Below are positions 58,097-64,000 of a DNA stretch of 64,000 bases, in pieces. The stretch's first letter is position 1; each line of letters opens with the position of its first letter. This DNA comes from Rhynchopus sp. YZ270_cl-10. Taxonomy: Eukaryota. The stretch lies in contig OZ037842.1 of NCBI GenBank assembly GCA_964035575.1, positions 806,001 through 870,000 on the forward strand, read 5' to 3'. Position numbers and translations under genes: made by a program. The notes beneath the pieces were generated by a model. It made no database searches. It worked only from the letters and a program-made list of their open reading frames with translations, and was not told the DNA's origin.

Positions 58097-59406
58097 CCCT
58101 ATCAGTCCGGGAGTCACTCTGACTTTGCTAATGGCGCCAATATTTGAACGGGTTTCTACTTGGATTTTTTGATCGACTTTTTGAAAAAATGTGGCGAATC
58201 TTTCAAATAAAAAGCAAAATCGAGAACATTCTCACATCAGAATCCCAATGGATGTCACCGGCCTCGCCTCCTACCTCTATCAGAAGCGAAGTACGAATGA
58301 TTAGTACTCTCACTATTTCTATTACGAGACATTTTAAGGGTGAGAAAACAACCACAAAATGACGTCTCCTACAACGCACATATGTGCGGTGTACAACTCA
58401 TTGACCAGCATGGCGCGTGCAACAAGGATGTTCAAGGCGCCGCGTGGATCCACAAGCTCTTCTGGTTCCTCTTTAATTATTAAGACCTCAGCCCAGCCTT
58501 CGTCCTTCACAACTCTGCTGAAACGTTGACAGTTTTTTAAAACGAGATTGGCTGAAGTGATCAGGGGATAACACCTTTGTGCAGAGAAGATCATCCGAGA
58601 CCTCCCGCTCGACTCACAAACTGAAAACAAGTGACCACAGGCCGGTACGAGTAAGGATAAACAAGACTGCAAGCAGCACCTTGAAGTGGGGGTCAGGAAG
58701 AGAACTAAAAGTTGTTTGCAAGGGGTGCAGTGCACACCTCTGCGTGGACTGTTTTGAGTACGTCGACTGTGAATCAGAAGAAACCGAACAAGGAGAAAAA
58801 AAGGGGAAAAGTGGGGTTTCCCTACTGTATGTGCTAAAAAGTGTGTATTAGTGAACAGGAGAGACGTGCGTTTCAAGTTGCAACATTTTGGACTTTTTTT
58901 TTTACTTGGTATTTACTGAGGAATTTCACTCTCGTCTCTTTAGCGTTGCCGCAGCAGTGTGGCCGCTCATTTTGTTCTATCGAGAGTAAACCCGGAACCG
59001 TGTCCCGGTTGGTGCCGTTTTTCACGTCTAGGACGTGCGGGTTGCCGATATTCGGAGATCAGCTGGTCGGTGTGTTCGCTTGTTGTTTTCTTTCTGGTAG
59101 TAAAATTTAGTTATTTTTTGGCTTTGCTTTTTTTTGATAAATTGTTGTAGTGTAGTTGCCTCGGTTGTGTTGCCACAGTTGTGCAATCTCCACTTTTTTC
59201 TTTTTTTGTAAGTATAGCCGTGAAGTTCGCTGCCTGATATGGTATTCAAGTTCTGTCGTTTTCTTCGATCTTTTTTTCGTATGAAAAGATTTTGCTCAAA
59301 ATCTTTCCATTGCGGCCAGGTACGATCAAAAAGTCGAAAATTTTCCTACTTTACTGGTCGAGAGCGAAACCCCCAAAAAATTGGGGACTCTCTCGGACTG
59401 ATAGGG
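58097..59406 (+). mobile_element. Internally deleted piggyBac transposon
   Basis: TTAA|CCCTATCAGTCCG ... CGGACTGATAGGG|TTAC, enclosing transposase remnants. Confidence 0.85.
58280..58765 (+). pseudogene. piggyBac transposase C-terminal relic
   Basis: Frameshifted fragments RSEVRMISTL, YNAHMCGVQLIDQ...WIHKLFWFLFN and DCKQH..RKRT / CKGCSAHLCVDCF match the piggyBac VxMLST motif, the YNxxMGGVDxxDQ motif and the Cys-rich domain. Confidence 0.8.
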
Positions 59407-59490
59407 TTACTACAATTCGTTTGCGTTTCGTGTTAACAATATCCCCCTTAGATCTAATAGTTTACCCCACCCTCCCAATCGACCGCAGAA

Positions 59491-61149
59491 TTATACAGGA
59501 CACACATGGGTGCCTAGAAACCCGATTATGTCTGCCCTTCCGGGGCAGCCACTGCTGATGATGACATTGTTAGAGTTTGTCATTGGGCAGGTGGGTGGGT
59601 GGAGGAGCTTGGCGTGGACGGGACAGAGGTAGTGATGGGAGTCGCAGGACTGCGCGAAGAGGGGGTATGTGAAGGCAAAGGTGTTGTGGTGGTGCCAACG
59701 TGGTGAGGGGAGGTGCTTGCGAGCACAGGCATTTGCGGCAGCGATTTTTTCGTTGGTACGCATATCACCATGACGCCAGGTCTTTCCACCATATGAATAC
59801 GCAGGTGTAGCACGCCACACCCACACCACCCCCGCATCTTCAAACAACCCCAGCCTCTCCATCGTCTCACCCAACCTCGCTACACGACCACAATACTCAG
59901 TCAGCCCCACATCACGAAGATCCCACGACCCATAGTTCATCGCCACTACCCTCATCTCCTCACTCCGATTCCTCAACAATGCCGACAACTGCCCCAACTG
60001 ATGCTCTGTATGTGTCCACCCTTCACGCATCTGCGTTGGCAACTTTGTCCCCTTCACTTTATAGGTCGCCCGCATGCTTTCCCCACGGATGTACGACACC
60101 CTCCCTCTTGTACACGGCGACAACACTCCATCAGAAACAGTCAACGGAGGGACATCCAACCCCTGCGCTACAGATAGCACATCCGTCCATCCTCTCATAT
60201 GACTGTCCCCTACAAGGATAAGATGTCCCATTTCGAGGCATTCTGGGAGGTTTACTGTGGGTTCTGGTGTGCTGGAGACCCATTTTGTGGTGTCATCAGT
60301 TTGGATGTAGTGACCTACGGAGTAGCTTTCTGTCGAGCCTGGGTCTTCTACCGCAACGCGGACGGTGCGAGATGGGTAGGAGATGTTCTCATATTGCTTG
60401 GAGACGAAGGAGTGTGGATCGCCGCCTTCGCCTCCTATGTGTGCAAGAGTAAGCTGCAAGGTGTAGTCGCCACCGTGCGGGATACGTGAACTGCTCATGC
60501 TGTAGACGTGGTCTGTACCAGAGGCCAGCGTTTCGCCCCGTTTCGGAAAAACACGGCAAACAATCACCTCCCCCCCAGGCCCAATCAGACGACACTCAAA
60601 CCACAACCTCTCACCCCTCGTATCCATCCCCACAGACACTGTCGTTGAGAACGGAGGGTCCAACCCCTTCAGCTCCTCTGTCTGCGCGACATTGCGGAGT
60701 CGCTTCATTTCCAGCAATTTTGCGCTTTCAATCGACGGTATCTGAAGCAGAATATCCCCATCTCGGACACGATTCGTGACAACAGGGGGGATATAGATTG
60801 TTCCGAGATTTTCTATGGGGGATCCTTTGAGGGAAACGGCCTGGGCAGTGGGAGAGGGTCTTCGCGAAGAGCGGTTGTAGGCTAAGCGGCCGCCGGTGAG
60901 GAAGAGTGCGAGGACCCAGAGCTGGAAGGCGCAGATTAGCCATTTCCTCTTGGGGTGGTGGTGATGGTGCACGGTGTGCGAATGCCCTGAGTTCGATCGG
61001 TGTACCGGCTGCTGTGGGGAGGAGACAAGTGCGCCAGTTGCACCAGAGCCATTCAACGCAGTATCCGCCTTCTCTACCTTCAATTCCTCATCCATCTCAT
61101 GAGTGTGCGTTCTCCCCAGCTGGCAAAACGAGGACTTTCGATCGCCCAT
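59491..61149 (-). CDS. Type II membrane SGNH/PC-esterase (NXPE/TBL/Cas1p-like) protein, putative glycan O-acyltransferase or esterase
   Basis: Single N-terminal TM helix after a basic stretch; Ig-like GDYTLQLTL segment; LVGDSHMR, NYGSWDL and CDSHHY (DxxH) motifs. Confidence 0.8.
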   Translation of the reverse strand: MGDRKSSFCQLGRTHTHEMDEELKVEKADTALNGSGATGALVSSPQQPVHRSNSGHSHTVHHHHHPKRKWLICAFQLWVLALFLTGGRLAYNRSSRRPSPTAQAVSLKGSPIENLGTIYIPPVVTNRVRDGDILLQIPSIESAKLLEMKRLRNVAQTEELKGLDPPFSTTVSVGMDTRGERLWFECRLIGPGGEVIVCRVFPKRGETLASGTDHVYSMSSSRIPHGGDYTLQLTLAHIGGEGGDPHSFVSKQYENISYPSRTVRVAVEDPGSTESYSVGHYIQTDDTTKWVSSTPEPTVNLPECLEMGHLILVGDSHMRGWTDVLSVAQGLDVPPLTVSDGVLSPCTRGRVSYIRGESMRATYKVKGTKLPTQMREGWTHTEHQLGQLSALLRNRSEEMRVVAMNYGSWDLRDVGLTEYCGRVARLGETMERLGLFEDAGVVWVWRATPAYSYGGKTWRHGDMRTNEKIAAANACARKHLPSPRWHHHNTFAFTYPLFAQSCDSHHYLCPVHAKLLHPPTCPMTNSNNVIISSGCPGRADIIGFLGTHVCPV

Positions 61150-62414
61150 TAGTTAATAAACAAAAAAAAATATGTCCTTTTTATTTAAAATGCAGAAGAG
61201 AGAGATTAAGTAAAAAAGAAAAGAATAACGCGCTACTGCATGTTATGGATAAATGTTAAATGTCAACCGACAACTAAAAAATGAGGTGTATATTCTGAAT
61301 GTTGTGTTCAAGAAAAAAGAGTGTGGGGAAGAGTGGAAAGAAACATTTGTAAAGATGAACCACTTCCATCACTGTGCGGCGGTCACCCAAATGCGGATAC
61401 GGCGGGGAATTGGAACTCCTCAAATGTTAAGATACATTCCGAGAGTCCCTTTCCTGGCAGGCACATGCCACCTGGTATCCACTAGTAGCCCTACTAATAT
61501 GCTACCAGCCTAGTAGTGTTTAGCAAACCCGCAACCGTTACGACTAGTAGTTCCACTGGTGTAGTCTCCTGACTAACCCTATAGACGAGCCCACGGTCCC
61601 GAAAATGGACGGTGCTCAAGCGACCCACCCATAGTCGGCCGTGCTCCGGTATTGAAAAGCCGTGGCATGCGTAGGAGCATCAAATCACCCTCCCTACACC
61701 ATTGGTTTGATGCAGCTGCCGTGCGGACAGTCTCCACCACCGACAAAAATTCTCCAATTTTAATGGAACAACCAAAGTGCTAAGCACGACGAGACACAGT
61801 AAAAGGGGGGATGGCAGTACATTTTTTTTTGGGGGAAAAACAATTCTACTGGGAATGGGGGGCACAGAGAGAGGGAAAGAACCAAAAAAAAATTTTTAGA
61901 ATTTGTTCATCGTTATTTTCCTTCACACCCTGAAAATAGAATTCACAAAAACCTCTTTTTTTTTGCCTCTCACACAGCCCAGGGTCATGGAATATCGAAA
62001 CCCAATATGGGAACACATTTCCGAAAAAAAAAAGATAAATGGTGCTCCGGGAGGGGTCGATATTGACAGGTAACCGACAGGTCGTTGACCGACTTCCGAA
62101 AGCACCAATAAAGCATAAAGTTGAAAAAGCACAAATGCCTCCAGGGACATAAATACTATGTTCTCCGCAAAGCGGAGGAGGGGGGGAAACAGAGCAAAAA
62201 TCTACATTTGCTTTTTACACTCAAAACTGGAAGATTCTAAAGGGATGGGTATTTTTTTTAATAACAAAAGGTCATCCACTTGGGCAGATAAACCTTTTCT
62301 AATTTTTTGAAAAAGCCTTGCGGAAAGCAATTGGTTTGTTTTTTTTGGCATTTTTTTTTATTGGAAAAAGTCTAAACTCTAGTTCCTTTTTTCTTTTTGG
62401 TCCCTCCCAACATT

Positions 62415-62699
62415 TTAAATACAGCTGTCAGCAGAGATCGGCAGAGGTGGAGCTTGCTCTGGGGAATGTCTGCCTTCTGCGGCGTGGTGCTCATCTGGCT
62501 GGGTCTCCTCATCTTCTTCTGCCGAAGGAGCGCGGGAGCCCATCTCCATAGCATCGATGGCCGCAATGTCGTCCCACGAAGCACCTGTAGACCCCTTATG
62601 CGTGATCTTGTACGCCACGAAGACAGCACCAATGATAGCAAACATCAAGACCGCTCCTGCAACGCAGTACTGCCAGATGGGGAGATCGGTGACATCCAT
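62415..62699 (-). CDS. Small single-pass membrane protein (94 aa from MDVTDLP)
   Basis: GC-rich island with one TM segment (YCVAGAVLMFAIIGAVFVAY) and an acidic tail; same strand as all other genes. Confidence 0.55.
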   Translation of the reverse strand: MDVTDLPIWQYCVAGAVLMFAIIGAVFVAYKITHKGSTGASWDDIAAIDAMEMGSRAPSAEEDEETQPDEHHAAEGRHSPEQAPPLPISADSCI

Positions 62700-63420
62700 G
62701 TTGGAGGTGTAGTTATTAGGGGGAGGGAAAGAATAAATCTGGAGTTGAAATATCACAAAAAAAATAAAACCTTGAAAACACAACAGCCCGCTCACGACAG
62801 TGTACCGGGGTGGACACCCAACTATGCAGTCCTACATCCATTTTGAGGTTCGCATCTCAAAAAAAATGGTAGTTGGAAGTGCAAACACTTGTATAGACGA
62901 CCCGGAAAGCAACTCCTGTAGCAACAGTACTGTGTGGACGGTGCTGTTGCTTCAATTACTCCCTTTTGGGAATAAAGGTGGGCTCGGTTTTCTACCCATT
63001 CGAAGTGAGAGCTTTGCGTTTGTCTTTGCTGAGTGCAATCTCCCCTTTTCTCTTTTGCGCTCAGGAAGCGTTATCCGGACCATACTCCCGCGGTGAACAC
63101 TGTGGTTCAAAAGGCCCTCACTCCGTTGTCATACAACTGACAGTGAATGGACAGCTATTCGAAACGGACGACGTTCAGCGAGGTTTATACAGAGAGCGGC
63201 AGTGGGAATGAGACTGACGACAACACAGGAGGATAGTCACACCTCGGCTCTGAAGCTGACAAAGTAAAAAAGGTATGACCGAGGTATGGGACAAATGAGG
63301 AGGCTCCACAGTTGAGAGCATCTTGGATGCTCTTACGTTGAAGTGGGGGCTAAAAAAATAGGTTTCTTTCTTTTTATCTACGGTACAAAAAGTATTTCAA
63401 CATTGTCCATGGCTTCATAA

Positions 63421-63537
63421 ATATATTGAATATCGTCAATATATTGATTTGGTGATGAATATTATTGATTGAATATTGAAAGTGTCAATAATATTGACTG
63501 AAAACTGTCAATATTTCAATAATATTGAAATATTGAG
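63421..63537. repeat. AT-rich degenerate (AATATTGA)n array
   Basis: Repeated aatattga/tcaatatt units. Confidence 0.7.
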
Positions 63538-63661
63538 GAGGCACGGCACTTTTGTGGAATTTTGTGGAATTTTGTGGAATTTCAAAAACTCGACTTCTAC
63601 TTTTTCCCCTTATAAAAAATTCCACAAAATTCCACAAAATTCCACAAAAGTGCCGTGCCTC
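63538..63661. mobile_element. 124-bp foldback MITE with ~45-bp TIRs containing (TTTTGTGGAA)3
   Basis: GAGGCACGGCACTTTTGTGGAATTTTGTGGAATTTTGTGGAATTT and its exact reverse complement; no TSD seen. Confidence 0.75.
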
Positions 63662-64000
63662 TTTCAAGAAAAAAAAATTTTTTTTTCGACATCACAAAAT
63701 TTTTCCCACACAGGCTTCGCGCTAACTTTTGGAAAAAAATCTGAAAAATCGTGTTTCGGGACCAAAAAAACGCACCTCAAATAGTTGTGCGTCAGGGGGT
63801 GAAAAAACAGTGTTTTGTGGCATTTCCGAGCCAATCCCGCGCTGTGGTGGGGCATATTCGGGAAAATGGACAAAATTTTAGTGACTTAAATTTTCACAAA
63901 ATATGAACCCATACTCTTAAACAAGTGGGGTGGCCCGGGGGCACGGCGTTTTTTTTTTTCAAAAATAAAAAAAATAAAAAAAAAAAAATCACAAAAAATC

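Noticed and set aside
61480..61518. CACTA-like termini (CACTAGTAG..CTAGTAGTG)
   Set aside because: Only ~40 bp, imperfect and without a convincing TSD.
62860..63350. Coding-like stretch (also 19080-19350 and 6250-6620)
   Set aside because: No sustained open frame or recognisable motif; could be decayed genes or transposons, but unsupported.
1..64000. Spliced-leader RNA, tRNA, rRNA or snRNA genes
   Set aside because: None recognised by eye on either strand; a covariance-model scan would be needed to exclude them.

Overview
Eukaryotic nuclear DNA. Every credible host protein-coding gene (15) lies on the minus strand. Most are intronless; four carry single GT-AG introns, all with GTAT donors. 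This layout suggests a euglenozoan, diplonemid-like genome with directional gene clusters (inference only). Recognisable genes: CNBD potassium channel, TTC12-like, PDCD5, RBX1, MMADHC-like, RBR E3 ligase, NXPE/PC-esterase-like protein, Ubl-LRR protein, a Cys-rich secreted protein present twice (2.4-kb duplication), a giant atypical Hsp70, and a 1293-aa candidate RNA-repair fusion (MJ1316 + EEP with a nested P-loop kinase + 2H phosphoesterase + AEP/PrimPol-like domain). Gene-free stretches are dense with mobile DNA: a TTAA-flanked piggyBac-type element enclosing a tyrosine-recombinase (Crypton-like) relic, a second piggyBac with a decayed transposase, several MITEs and a 1.28-kb near-perfect palindrome. 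A ~35-bp strand-biased hairpin recurs at least 12 times, twice about 50 nt upstream of a 3' splice site. All calls come from motif reading by eye; no searches were run.
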